Counted from the first letter of the stretch, positions 20,740 through 31,049 are shown. The stretch: 64,000 nucleotides of DNA from an uncultured Spirochaetota bacterium (GCA_963835575.1 CAWIGG010000002.1:1696001-1760000), one strand, 5' to 3'. Numbers and translations are program-made. The notes: generated by a model from the letters alone, not told the origin.

Positions 20740-21897
20740 CTAATATCCCTGCCTCCATATATTGGCCGGCGGAGAACCGACGGCGCCTATATTAAAACTC
20801 AAAACAAAGTTAAAGTTCCTGCTGTTCGCCAGGGCGATATCGAACCTGATCACTGTCAATAGCGACCCGTTGAACCTTACCGCGAGCATGGGTGTAATGT
20901 AAACGGAGTTGATGAAATTTCCCGAACCCGGCAGGGAACCGTTATTGAAATACCCGGCGTACGCGGCGTTATACCCGATGAGGAAGCCGGGGGAAAATTT
21001 GAAATTATAGCTGGTGAAATACCAGAAAGCCGGCGAGTCCCAGTACAGACCGCCGGGAAAAAGAAACCGCAGTTCAAGGCTGCCGTTGACAAAATAATCC
21101 CCGGGCATATTGTAGGACCCTATTACGCTTGTCGCGGGAGAGAAGGCCCAGTACGGATTATGCTGCAGAAGCGATTGTCCCGATAAATCCATCGCTATGA
21201 CAAAAATCCTGAATGGGTGCAGCAAAAGCTGGCCGCGGGCGAAGACCGAATTAACGAGGCCGTGGTAATCCCCTCCCGCATCATTGACAATACTGCAGCT
21301 GTCGCCGAGCGACAGCAGAAATCCCTCTTCAGGATAGATAAACACTTCCCCCAGCGTCCATTGCTGAAGGGAAGAATATCTTCTGTCATAGATGAAACTC
21401 AGGTTGATGTTAAACTTATTGTAATTATAGTAGCTGTAAAACGGATCCTGATAGATCAGCCTGTTCATTGAATAGTTGATATCCGCGTTGACCTGGCAGA
21501 AATAGAGAAAAGAGTAATTACCGTAGACATCCAATAAATCCTGGCTTTGCCATGCGTAATCAGGGTTGTTTACCATACCGGTCCCGTTGGACAGGACCGT
21601 ATTGTTCTGGATGAAGTGCTGATAACCGTAACCGAAATTCAGGTTTGGTCCGGTGACAGATATATTCTGAATGATCCCGGCAAAACCGAAATTATTGAAA
21701 AACTGATACGGTGAAGAAGAACTGAACAATGGCAGATAATACCCGTAAATTGAACTGACCGGGGTCCTCGGCAGGTCCAGCGGGAGGTTTTCCTCTTCCC
21801 CGGCGTAAGATAATACGGATACCAAAATCAGCACAGAGGAATACAGGATATTTTTGAGCTTTCCAAGCAAATTGATACTCTGAAAGTAAACAATCAT
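20740..21897 (-). CDS. Hypothetical aromatic-rich probable outer-membrane protein
   Basis: Signal-like N-terminus, Tyr/Phe/Asn-rich beta-strand pattern, GSLELRF motif reminiscent of BamA/TamA barrels. Confidence 0.55.
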   Translation of the reverse strand: MIVYFQSINLLGKLKNILYSSVLILVSVLSYAGEEENLPLDLPRTPVSSIYGYYLPLFSSSSPYQFFNNFGFAGIIQNISVTGPNLNFGYGYQHFIQNNTVLSNGTGMVNNPDYAWQSQDLLDVYGNYSFLYFCQVNADINYSMNRLIYQDPFYSYYNYNKFNINLSFIYDRRYSSLQQWTLGEVFIYPEEGFLLSLGDSCSIVNDAGGDYHGLVNSVFARGQLLLHPFRIFVIAMDLSGQSLLQHNPYWAFSPATSVIGSYNMPGDYFVNGSLELRFLFPGGLYWDSPAFWYFTSYNFKFSPGFLIGYNAAYAGYFNNGSLPGSGNFINSVYITPMLAVRFNGSLLTVIRFDIALANSRNFNFVLSFNIGAVGSPPANIWRQGY

Positions 21898-21930
21898 AAT
21901 CCTCCCTCTCTTTTAATTTCCGGCCGGATT

Positions 21931-22785
21931 TTACTTCCAGATATCGCTTTTTTCCAATAACCAGGTCTGGTCTCCTATGTCCAGGTGAAACTTGATCCAC
22001 CTTCTCCTCGGCCCTTCCTCATACCATAATTGTATGGCTTCTGTAAATTGTTTCAGAAGGCCGGCTAAAACGGGGTCCTGAATATATGGCACGACTTCGG
22101 TAGTTTTTATCTTCCCGAACGGTGTATCGATTATGACGCCTTTTTTAATAATTTTAAAATTAGCCAGGAACGGTTCTTTCACATATTCCTGCCACACATT
22201 TATCAAGCCCGGCTTATTCCAATCATAGATCCTGGCCCCGATCAGAAAAAAAGGCATATAATGCCAGAATGGGTAATTCGGATCGACATCCTTAAACTCA
22301 AATTTTTTCTCCCTGATATCATCGCCGTCCCAGAACTTCATAATCGAGTACATCGTGCGGTTGGTAAACCGGCAGTCCTCAAAAAACGCCCCTTTGTTCT
22401 TGTTTCTCCTGACAAAATAGTCGGTATCATCGTAATAATATCTCAGCATCTGCCCTGAGCTTAAATCGATTGTGAAAATATAATCATAATTCGTATAATG
22501 ACCCGGCAGGGGCAGGTCCTTATTATTATAGACCCACAAAAAACTATAAATTTTAATAATATTTTTTGAGAGATATGTTGTTACCGCATGAATCTCTCCT
22601 GTTTTCAGCTTTCCTGTATATTGTCCGACAGTAAGATGTTCATATTCGGGAATTTCCACGTTTGTCAGAATGCTCATAGGAGGCAGAGCCAGATTTTCCG
22701 CGGATAAACCGGCCGGCAGCAAAACTCCCAAAAAAAACAAAAATATTACCATGCCTTTCAGTCTCAAAATCATTATTTCCTCCAT
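21931..22785 (-). CDS. Secreted hypothetical protein (DUF3108-like C-terminus)
   Basis: Signal peptide; IDTPFGKIKT...IQLWYEE pattern. Confidence 0.55.
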   Translation of the reverse strand: MEEIMILRLKGMVIFLFFLGVLLPAGLSAENLALPPMSILTNVEIPEYEHLTVGQYTGKLKTGEIHAVTTYLSKNIIKIYSFLWVYNNKDLPLPGHYTNYDYIFTIDLSSGQMLRYYYDDTDYFVRRNKNKGAFFEDCRFTNRTMYSIMKFWDGDDIREKKFEFKDVDPNYPFWHYMPFFLIGARIYDWNKPGLINVWQEYVKEPFLANFKIIKKGVIIDTPFGKIKTTEVVPYIQDPVLAGLLKQFTEAIQLWYEEGPRRRWIKFHLDIGDQTWLLEKSDIWK

Positions 22786-22928
22786 AGGATTATTTAACTA
22801 TTGAATCTATGACATTTTAAAAAATTTGTACGAAATGTGCAAACATTATTCAGTTGATAACTGGCGCAAAGCCGCCTTAGTAAGAGAAAGAAGCATTAGA
22901 ACTTCATTAAAGTGTGAGCCTTTTTTTT

Positions 22929-22965
22929 AAAAAAAAAGGGGGAAGCCGAAAAACTTCCTCCTTTT
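22929..22965 (-). terminator. Rho-independent terminator
   Basis: On the minus strand, GGAGGAAG/CTTCCCCC stem followed by a T9 run, just downstream of the lipoprotein gene. Confidence 0.65.
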
Positions 22966-23000
22966 CTGTATTCTTCATTATTTTAGACCATAAATTGGTA

Positions 23001-23693
23001 TTATTTTTTAAATATGGATTTCATAAGTATTGAAAACTGTGAACCGACAATTTCTTCCATATTCGATTCCAGAAGATCATAAGATTTTCCGCCAAAGGCG
23101 CCGCCGGCGGCTCTATCTTCTCCGATAGCTTTAAGTAAAACTTTTCCGGTAACACCGTCAACCAGGTCGAATTCAAGTTTTATTTTGGTGGAACCTGCTC
23201 CAAAACCAATCCAAAGCCTTAGAGATTCTGAACCGGGATCAACTATAACAGCTTTAGTTTTCAAAATCAGAACATTCACACCGGAGGGTGTTGTATCAGC
23301 TTTTTCCATGGGAATTATCAGAGAGGGCGCAAAAGAGCTGAGACTTTTCCAGTAAAAAGTATCGATACTATTCATAAACTTATTGATAATTATTTTATTA
23401 TCTTCATCATCTTTCTTCGCGGCTTCCTTTGTCTTGACATCGACGTCTTTATCATAAAAAACTGTATCCTTCTGGTCAATAGGCAAAACAATTATTTTAA
23501 TGTAATTTGAAACATCGATTGAACTGTTGAATGCGACAGATTCAAGAATATAATTGCTTGTACTCACCCAGGGATTTGATACCGACGGATAGCTTGCAGG
23601 CAAAGAATATACTTCCGGCCGTGAAGACCTGCACCCGGAAGCTATTAAAACCGTTAGAGACAGAATGGCAATAAAAAAAATGAGTCTTTTCAT
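23001..23693 (-). CDS. Lipoprotein (DUF4410-like)
   Basis: Lipobox IASGC; DPGSESLRLWIGFGAG motif. Confidence 0.7.
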   Translation of the reverse strand: MKRLIFFIAILSLTVLIASGCRSSRPEVYSLPASYPSVSNPWVSTSNYILESVAFNSSIDVSNYIKIIVLPIDQKDTVFYDKDVDVKTKEAAKKDDEDNKIIINKFMNSIDTFYWKSLSSFAPSLIIPMEKADTTPSGVNVLILKTKAVIVDPGSESLRLWIGFGAGSTKIKLEFDLVDGVTGKVLLKAIGEDRAAGGAFGGKSYDLLESNMEEIVGSQFSILMKSIFKK

Positions 23694-23920
23694 TTTCCCT
23701 CCTTATTATATTTTTACTAATGCAAAAAATCATAATTGAAATTAAGTAAAAATGCAAGAAAATAAATTAACTAATGTCAAAAAATAAACAAATTGTGTAT
23801 GTTCGATTGGACGGGTTAACACAGTTCATCTATTAAAGCTTGAGCCGCATCATAACCATATTAACACTTGGACAACCTTACAATCGCTTTGGCAATACTT
23901 CTGTATTATTGAGATGACCA

Positions 23921-25402
23921 TCAACTGGAATGGCCTTGCTTCGCGGGATCGAACTGATTTTTGGCGGCCAGAAAATCGGGCAGGTTTTTCAGCATATGCC
24001 AGAGTGAATGCCGGTGCTGCCAGATGCGCTTCCTGAACCTGCGGAGCCAGTCCCTGCTGGTATAAAAGCGCTTGACATGCTCGTTGTAAAGATGGTCGAG
24101 GCGTTCCTTTGATCCGATGCTTTTGGGAACAAAAACAAAATTGAGGCAGTTCATCTGTTTCCAGTCATCCTCGAACGAGCCTTCTTCCCGGATGGTTTTC
24201 CACAACGGCGCGCCGGGAAAGGGTGTGAATTTGGCCATGTTCATATCGTCAAGACCGAGCGACATGACAAAGTCGCTGGTCCGGCGGATTGAATCCTCGG
24301 TTTCCCCGGGAAGGCCCATCATGAAGAGGCCTTTTGCGCGGAGGCCGGCGGCCTGTATGCGGGCCACCGTGTCCCTGACCGCTTCCAGGGTAACGCCTGC
24401 CTTATGCTTTCTCAGCATGCCCGGGTCCGCGGACTCAATGCCCAGCGATACCATCAGGCATCCGGCGTCTTTGAGCATCTTGAGAAGCCTGTCCGGGGCA
24501 AAGCCGACGCGAACCGCGCAGTTAAACTGCATGTCGATGGGTTCCTTAATAAGCCTGCCGCAAAGCTCAACAATGCGCTTCTCGTCGGTGGTAAATAGAT
24601 CATCGTAAATATTGACATGGCGGATGCCGAACTTCCCGTTGAGATATTTTAAATGACTGTATATATACCCGGCGGAATTATAACGGAACCCTTTTTTGAA
24701 AACCGAACGGTCGCAGTACGAGCATTGGAACAGGCATCCGCGGCTGGTAACCATGGATGTGCATGGAAATTTCGCATAGCTGAAGAGCGGCAGGTTATAG
24801 CCCCTGGGAAATCCCTTCAATTTTTCGTAGGCGGGGAAGGGCAGAATATCCAGGTCTTCTATCATTTTACGCGGGCTGTTTTCAACAACATCCCTTCCGC
24901 TGCGCCAGACGATGCCTTTCACATCAGCGGGATTCCCGCCAAGCGCCAGCTCAGCCAGTGTCATTTCTCCTTCGCCCATGACAAGGAAATCGAAAGCGGG
25001 GTAATCCTTCAAAAGGGCCGCGCCAAGCGCCGAGCAATGAACACCGCCGCACACCGTGATGACGCCCGGACTGGCCAGTTTAAGCGCGGCCGCCATGTCC
25101 GCAGCGTCGGGAAAGGAAGAGGTTGTGGCTGAAAATCCGATTATATCGGCATTGAGCTTGAGTATTTCTTTGATGTTAACCCGGAAATCGGATGACGCAT
25201 GGGGACCAAGGCAGTCATGGATGAAAACCTCGCTGCCTTCCTTTTCCAGCCATGCCGCGATTGAGAGGATCCCATGGGGTATCATACGGTTTGCCGCCGT
25301 GATTACATCCCTGCTGCCCTTGATCCAGTTTGAACCGCGGGGGTGGACGAGGACAATGCGCCGCTTCCTTCCTGCCGCCTGAATTTTATTCATATATTCC
25401 AT
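23921..25402 (-). CDS. Cobalamin-binding (class B) radical SAM protein
   Basis: N-terminal B12 domain (GGVHCS, GEGE); TSRGCLFQCSYC CxxxCxxC motif; visibly GC-richer than its flanks. Confidence 0.9.
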   Translation of the reverse strand: MEYMNKIQAAGRKRRIVLVHPRGSNWIKGSRDVITAANRMIPHGILSIAAWLEKEGSEVFIHDCLGPHASSDFRVNIKEILKLNADIIGFSATTSSFPDAADMAAALKLASPGVITVCGGVHCSALGAALLKDYPAFDFLVMGEGEMTLAELALGGNPADVKGIVWRSGRDVVENSPRKMIEDLDILPFPAYEKLKGFPRGYNLPLFSYAKFPCTSMVTSRGCLFQCSYCDRSVFKKGFRYNSAGYIYSHLKYLNGKFGIRHVNIYDDLFTTDEKRIVELCGRLIKEPIDMQFNCAVRVGFAPDRLLKMLKDAGCLMVSLGIESADPGMLRKHKAGVTLEAVRDTVARIQAAGLRAKGLFMMGLPGETEDSIRRTSDFVMSLGLDDMNMAKFTPFPGAPLWKTIREEGSFEDDWKQMNCLNFVFVPKSIGSKERLDHLYNEHVKRFYTSRDWLRRFRKRIWQHRHSLWHMLKNLPDFLAAKNQFDPAKQGHSS

Positions 25403-25528
25403 CCTTCTTGATCAGGGCCTGTTAAATAACACGCAACATATTGAAATGTAATGGAATATTTTAGTTTTTGCCTTAAAATAATGCAAGGAAAATTTATAAA
25501 ACTATAATTACCCTCTCCTCTCAGTCTG

Positions 25529-25557
25529 TTGACATCATTTAACTCAGATGATAGAAT
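25529..25557 (+). promoter_or_regulatory. Sigma70-type promoter
   Basis: TTGACA-N17-TAGAAT upstream of the 25703 operon. Confidence 0.6.
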
Positions 25558-25702
25558 AGTAGTGAGGATGGAATTTACCCGGTTTATTTATTGTGATTGA
25601 TCTTCGCTATGAAGTGCCCGTTTTATAATTTTTATTTAAGACAGATTTATACAAAAATGTTGAAAATGGAGATTCCCTCTCTCTCCGATTAGGTCTTTAA
25701 AA

Positions 25703-28168
25703 ATGAATGTAATTATCATTAATCTTATCGCAACAATTCTATTCTGCGGATTGGGTTTCCTTGCTGGAAATTATTATACAAAAAAACATATCGCTTACCG
25801 TACAAAATGGGACAAACTGATAAAAAAAGCCGAAGAGGCCGTCATTCTGCTTTTTAAGAATCTTTCACACCCTCAAAAAGCGGATAAAACCCTCTCCAGT
25901 ATTCTGAACATGCTCTCCATTGACGATCTTGTGAATGTCTTGATCCTGCGTTATGACGGTTCTTTCCTGACAAACGTAATGAATAATGAAATCATCTACA
26001 ATGAAAATATAAAAAATCTTCTGTTAGAAAAAAAACAAACGAGCGACGCGAAATACATCTATTATAAAAATAATCCTTTATTCGGCATATTGGAATCTCA
26101 TTTAAAGAAAAAAAACTTCCAACAAGCCGTTGTTTTTCCATATTTACCGGAAATATTCGATGTTGAGTATTTTGTTATTTTTTTCCGCAAAAAAGAAAAA
26201 GATTATTTTAATTCAAATTATTATATTGAATTTATGAACGGGCAGATTTCCATTCTGCTCTACCTTCGCGAGATTCTTTCCGAATATAAGGATAAAGAGG
26301 AATTTATTAACCGTCTCTTTTTTAAAAATCCTATTTCAATGTGCGTAACCGACAGAGTGGGTTCTATTATAAAAAATAATTCCAGTTTTATAAATTTTTC
26401 AGCGAAAGACATGAACCGTATCACACAGGTTATTGATCATTCAACTTTTTCCAGGGTCATTGACGGTCATACGCTGGAAAAAGACACTTTTTACAGCAAT
26501 AGAAATATCAAGATTTACGGAATGCCGCTGCATAATTCAAACGGTATTATTAAAGGCGGAATATTTATTTTACTGGATGAATCCCTCCAGTACCTTCTTT
26601 TAAAAAAACTGGAAGCATCGGAAGAACGCTATAAAAAATTCCTGAAAGAACTCCCCATCGGACTCGCCATTATCAACCAGGACGGTATTATTTATTTTGT
26701 CAATGATAATTTCATCTCTTCCCTGGGTTTTTCAGAAGCGGATAAACTTCAGGGAAACCTTATCCAGAATTATTTCGATATCCCGGATAATAATTTTAAA
26801 GAAATCGCTGATAAAGTCCAGGAACAGGATTTTCTTATCCTTAAGCTCTCACTCAAAAATGATTTCAGCAATAGAAATTATTCTGTTCATCTTCAGAAAA
26901 TACTTCTCGGCGATGTTGAACTGATTGAAGCCACTTTTCAGGATATCAGCCTGGAAAACAAGCTTTATGCCCAGCTGGCGGAAAAAACAAAATTGATTGA
27001 GGAAGAACTTGACACCGCGAGAAAAATATGGAACCACGTTCTATCCATACCGCCGATATATTCTTCACTCATCCGCTTTGAAACATTTTTTAAGCCTTCT
27101 TCACAGCTCGGCGGAGATTTTTGCGATATAATACAGATGGATGATTATCATATCGGGATTATAATGGCTGATGTATCAGGCCATGGCGTCTCTGCATCGC
27201 TCCTCACATCCATGCTTAAAATGCTGGTGGAATTCTCTCCGAAAGAACCGGAAAGAATTGACGACATCATTAATTATTTAAACCTGGTCCTGTTAAAAAT
27301 ACTGCCGGAAGACCAGTATATCACGCTTTTTTACGGTATTATCAATATTAAGGACTACACGCTTGAATACATAAACTGCGGCCATCCGTTCCCCATACTT
27401 TATAATGACAAAACCGGCGATATCGTTATACTGGAAGGAATGACATATCCTCTGGGCATACGAAAGAATGTGCCTTTTCATGACGCCTGCCGGAAAGTGG
27501 ACCTGCCGAGAAACTGTAAGATTTTTGTTTATACAGACGGGATCCTGTCCTTCAGGAAATTGAACCGGATGATGAAAACGGATGACCTGATTGATATTTT
27601 CCAGCAGAGCGTCCAGCTCCGCACTAAGCATGTATTGAACGATATGTACATGAAAATGCTGAAAACCTCAACCCAATTCGCGGATGATGACGTCAGTATG
27701 CTGCTGATCATTCTCAATAAAGACCTTGTTTACAAGAAATTCCTTTCCATACCCAGCAATGTCCTGGAAATAGACAACGCCATACTCAAAATCACCGACA
27801 GCATGAATAAAATTATTCGGCTGGATGACGAGGAAAAGTGGAAAATATACACGGCTCTTTATGAAACTATGATCAACGCTGTGGAGCATGGCAATAAATA
27901 CGGAGCGCAGAAAAGAGTAACGGTTATTTATAGAATATTAAAAAACTGGATCATTATGAAAGTGCGGGATGAAGGCATCGGATTTGATTATAAAAATCTT
28001 CCCAGCCCTCTTGAAGATGATAATATGCTCAAACCTTCAGGCCGCGGTGTTTATATGGTCAAAAAAGTCATGGATAAAATCCGGTTTAACAATGCCGGCA
28101 ATGAAATTACAATGTTTATGCACCTCGGCAGCTCTATGGAAATGGGAGAAAATCTAAATGCCGGATAA
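25703..28168 (+). CDS. Membrane-anchored PAS / SpoIIE(PP2C) phosphatase / RsbW-like HATPase fusion
   Basis: N-terminal TM, two PAS-like regions, GGDF, ADVSGHG, YTDG, DDVS, then EtmiNAVEHGN, DEGIGFD and SGRGVYMV. Confidence 0.85.
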   Translation: MNVIIINLIATILFCGLGFLAGNYYTKKHIAYRTKWDKLIKKAEEAVILLFKNLSHPQKADKTLSSILNMLSIDDLVNVLILRYDGSFLTNVMNNEIIYNENIKNLLLEKKQTSDAKYIYYKNNPLFGILESHLKKKNFQQAVVFPYLPEIFDVEYFVIFFRKKEKDYFNSNYYIEFMNGQISILLYLREILSEYKDKEEFINRLFFKNPISMCVTDRVGSIIKNNSSFINFSAKDMNRITQVIDHSTFSRVIDGHTLEKDTFYSNRNIKIYGMPLHNSNGIIKGGIFILLDESLQYLLLKKLEASEERYKKFLKELPIGLAIINQDGIIYFVNDNFISSLGFSEADKLQGNLIQNYFDIPDNNFKEIADKVQEQDFLILKLSLKNDFSNRNYSVHLQKILLGDVELIEATFQDISLENKLYAQLAEKTKLIEEELDTARKIWNHVLSIPPIYSSLIRFETFFKPSSQLGGDFCDIIQMDDYHIGIIMADVSGHGVSASLLTSMLKMLVEFSPKEPERIDDIINYLNLVLLKILPEDQYITLFYGIINIKDYTLEYINCGHPFPILYNDKTGDIVILEGMTYPLGIRKNVPFHDACRKVDLPRNCKIFVYTDGILSFRKLNRMMKTDDLIDIFQQSVQLRTKHVLNDMYMKMLKTSTQFADDDVSMLLIILNKDLVYKKFLSIPSNVLEIDNAILKITDSMNKIIRLDDEEKWKIYTALYETMINAVEHGNKYGAQKRVTVIYRILKNWIIMKVRDEGIGFDYKNLPSPLEDDNMLKPSGRGVYMVKKVMDKIRFNNAGNEITMFMHLGSSMEMGENLNAG

Positions 28169-29054
28169 AGCTTATCACACCCCGGTAATGCTTCCGGAAA
28201 TATTGGAATCCCTGAACCTGCATAAAAACAGCATCATTATTGATGCGACATGCGGCGAAGGGGGACATTCTGAAGTCATCATACAAAAAATACCGGAAGG
28301 AAAACTCATCTGCATCGACAGAAATGCCCTTATTCTTTCAAGAGCCAGGTCCAGGCTGAATGAATATCAAAATATCAGTTATCACAATACAACCTTTGAT
28401 AAAATTTCCATTATTTTGGCTCAAGAAAAGATATTAAAAGTCGATGGAATATTTGCGGATTTAGGTATATCTCTTTTCCATCTTCAAGGGGACAAAAGCC
28501 TCGGATTCAGCTATACGGATGAAAATTCACTGGATATGAGGCTGGATGAAAGCGCTGAAGTGAGCGCGGCGGATATTGTGAACCGGTTTAATGAAAAGCA
28601 GATAGCAGATATATTGTACATTTACGGCGAAGAGTATGAATCAAGAAAAATAGCCGGGGCAATATGCCGGAACAGGCCTGTTAAAAACGCTTTTGAGCTT
28701 TCGCAGATCATTCTCAGGGCAAAAAGGGAAAGAAAAGGGTCAAAAATTCATCCGGCGGCGAAAAGTTTTCAGGCTTTAAGAATTTTTGTTAATAAAGAAT
28801 TAAAAATTCTCGAAAGTTTTATACCCCAGGCTGTCGATAATCTACAGGAAAACGGAAGGCTGGCAATTATCAGCTATCACTCCCTTGAAGACAGGATAGT
28901 GAAAAACGCCTTCAAGGATCTGGAAAAGGCTGGATTGGGAAGGATTATGACAAAAAAGCCCATGATACCTTCTCAAGACGAAATGAGAAAAAACAGGGCT
29001 GCCAGAAGCGCGAAACTGAGAATCTTTGAAAAAAGAGGACTGCCGAATGAATAA
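28158..29054 (+). CDS. rsmH: 16S rRNA m4C1402 methyltransferase
   Basis: HTPVML, DATCGEGGHS, DLGIS, LDMR, FQALRIFVN, YHSLEDR and RSAKLR motifs. Confidence 0.95.
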   Translation: MPDKAYHTPVMLPEILESLNLHKNSIIIDATCGEGGHSEVIIQKIPEGKLICIDRNALILSRARSRLNEYQNISYHNTTFDKISIILAQEKILKVDGIFADLGISLFHLQGDKSLGFSYTDENSLDMRLDESAEVSAADIVNRFNEKQIADILYIYGEEYESRKIAGAICRNRPVKNAFELSQIILRAKRERKGSKIHPAAKSFQALRIFVNKELKILESFIPQAVDNLQENGRLAIISYHSLEDRIVKNAFKDLEKAGLGRIMTKKPMIPSQDEMRKNRAARSAKLRIFEKRGLPNE

Positions 29055-29409
29055 TACTGGATTTTCCGGTCTTAAGATATTTGTAATTCTTATTTTATTT
29101 GTCGGCTTTTTATTTGTTCTTGTCGAACAGAGGCTTGAATCAAAAGACTATGATATACAGATCAGAGAACTGCAGAAAAAGATAGAAACCCTGAACTCCC
29201 AGAAAAGGGAAATCAGTCTGAGGGTTGACTCGGAACTCCAGAGGATTTCCTCCTATGATTATTCCACTCTCGGTTCGCCCATATCCATGAAAGATGTTAT
29301 TTTTGTTCCCATCAGCGACTTTTCAGGACAAAAAGATGACAATCATTCCAAAAATCCGGGAAAGAACATATTCGATCAGCTTATCACCATTATATTAAGC
29401 GCCTTTTAA
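29026..29409 (+). CDS. FtsL-like cell division protein
   Basis: Single TM followed by a coiled coil, immediately after rsmH. The real start is probably the internal ATG (MNNTG). Confidence 0.55.
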   Translation: MKKEDCRMNNTGFSGLKIFVILILFVGFLFVLVEQRLESKDYDIQIRELQKKIETLNSQKREISLRVDSELQRISSYDYSTLGSPISMKDVIFVPISDFSGQKDDNHSKNPGKNIFDQLITIILSAF

Positions 29410-29420
29410 CCAATTTCAAT

Positions 29421-30209
29421 ATGGATCAAATGAACATAAAACTTACACTCAGTTTTGACGGAAGTTCTTTTTCCGGCTGGCAGAAGCAGAAAAATTCACC
29501 GAGTGTTCAGGGGAAAATAGAACAGGCCCTTTCTGCGGTCTATAAATGTAAAATCGTACTGGCTGGGATCGGAAGAACGGATGCCGGAGCCCATGCAAAT
29601 CAATTTACCGCCAATTTTATTGTAAAAAAAACCGGATTCCCCATTGAAAAGCTCTGTCCGATTCTGAACCGCCGGCTCTATCCCGATATCTGGATTGGAA
29701 ACGCCGAGGAGGTTCCTCTTTCATTTCATTCCAGGTTTTCAGCTTCCGCCCGGGAGTATATATACCAGATCATTCTTCTCCCCCGTTTAACAAAGCGAAA
29801 ACAGCCTTTACTGCCTTTTATATCCCGCTATGCCGGCCTTAGTGAAAGAGAAATCGATATATCACGTCTAAGGGCAGCCTGCCGTTTATTTGCCGGCATT
29901 CATTCTTTCAGGAATTTCTGTTATGGATATAAAAAGGATATGAATTTTATCAGAAAGGTATATTACTTCAGGGCTGCCGATTGCGGAGAAAAAATTATTT
30001 TTTTTATTAAAGGAAGCGGTTTTTTAAAAGGAATGATCCGGTCTCTCATTTCTGTCTGCCTGAACTATGAATCAGGCAAATTGAGCTTGAAAACGATCAA
30101 GCAGGCCCTTGAGAATAAAATCGACCTGCCGGTGGAATTCAAGGTCCCCGTTCCGGCCTGCGGTTTATATTTCAAGAGAGGATACTTTAATAGCCCATCA
30201 GCTTCATGA
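29421..30209 (+). CDS. truA: tRNA pseudouridine(38-40) synthase
   Basis: FDGSSFSGWQKQ, GRTDAGAHA, FHSRFSA and GFLKGMIR motifs. Confidence 0.93.
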   Translation: MDQMNIKLTLSFDGSSFSGWQKQKNSPSVQGKIEQALSAVYKCKIVLAGIGRTDAGAHANQFTANFIVKKTGFPIEKLCPILNRRLYPDIWIGNAEEVPLSFHSRFSASAREYIYQIILLPRLTKRKQPLLPFISRYAGLSEREIDISRLRAACRLFAGIHSFRNFCYGYKKDMNFIRKVYYFRAADCGEKIIFFIKGSGFLKGMIRSLISVCLNYESGKLSLKTIKQALENKIDLPVEFKVPVPACGLYFKRGYFNSPSAS

Positions 30210-31032
30210 TGACAAAGAAAACCGGAGTGGAAAATATCAAGCTGTCAAAACGGTCGAAGAACCCGCCATGTCCCGGCAGAAGATCGCTGGAATCTTTCAT
30301 ATGCGCCCATCGTTTAATGGTAGACTCGCCAAGATCGCCGATAATACTTGCCATAATGACTGAAAAAGCAACAACCGCCATAACCGGCAGAGTAAACTTT
30401 GTAGGCATGGAAAAAATATTCTGTAAGATAAAAATAACAGAGCCGGTTAAAATGCCGAATATAAAAGCCCCGAAAAAACCCTCTACTGTTTTATTAGGGC
30501 TTGACAGGAATTTTACCTTATGCCTTCCGAAAAGTTTTCCAAACAGCCATCCTCCCGTATCCGTTAAAATCGTGATGAGGAGCAGAATTGCAAGAATCCA
30601 TCCGGACATGTCCATTCTTTTAATTAAACCAATTAACGGGGCAAAAATTCCCAGTAATAAATAACTGAACAGGGAGAGAGTAATACTTTCCATCGACATC
30701 TCAAAATTTCCAGAGACCGATTCAATAACTATTAATGTTAAAATATATACGGTGATAAGGCCCAGCTGGATTACAAATAAGTAAGACATATCATAAGCAT
30801 TCATTCCATAGAGAAAAAAACTGATAAAGCTGAGAGTTAAAGCGATGGAATGAATCCAGAGATTGAATTTGCAGCCTTTTTTTTCAGCCAGGTTCGCGAT
30901 TTCATATGCGATAACAAGAGCGACCAGTAACACGGCTATAAATACAGGCAAACCGTTGAATGTACTTGTGAAAACAACCCATGCCCCCAGCGGCAAAATG
31001 ATCAGTACAGTGATTAATCTTTTCCAGGTCAT
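30187..31032 (-). CDS. cdsA: Phosphatidate cytidylyltransferase
   Basis: SPNKTVEG, GDLGESTIKR and KDSSDLLPGHGGFFDRFDS motifs. Confidence 0.93.
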   Translation of the reverse strand: MTWKRLITVLIILPLGAWVVFTSTFNGLPVFIAVLLVALVIAYEIANLAEKKGCKFNLWIHSIALTLSFISFFLYGMNAYDMSYLFVIQLGLITVYILTLIVIESVSGNFEMSMESITLSLFSYLLLGIFAPLIGLIKRMDMSGWILAILLLITILTDTGGWLFGKLFGRHKVKFLSSPNKTVEGFFGAFIFGILTGSVIFILQNIFSMPTKFTLPVMAVVAFSVIMASIIGDLGESTIKRWAHMKDSSDLLPGHGGFFDRFDSLIFSTPVFFVIMKLMGY

Positions 31033-31049
31033 ATTAGTATCCTTTTTAA

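Noticed and set aside
22836..22895. GCAAAC...GGCGCAAAGCC resembling a c-di-GMP-I riboswitch
   Set aside because: No GNRA loop or convincing P2/P3 stems, and it is on the opposite strand to the flanking genes.
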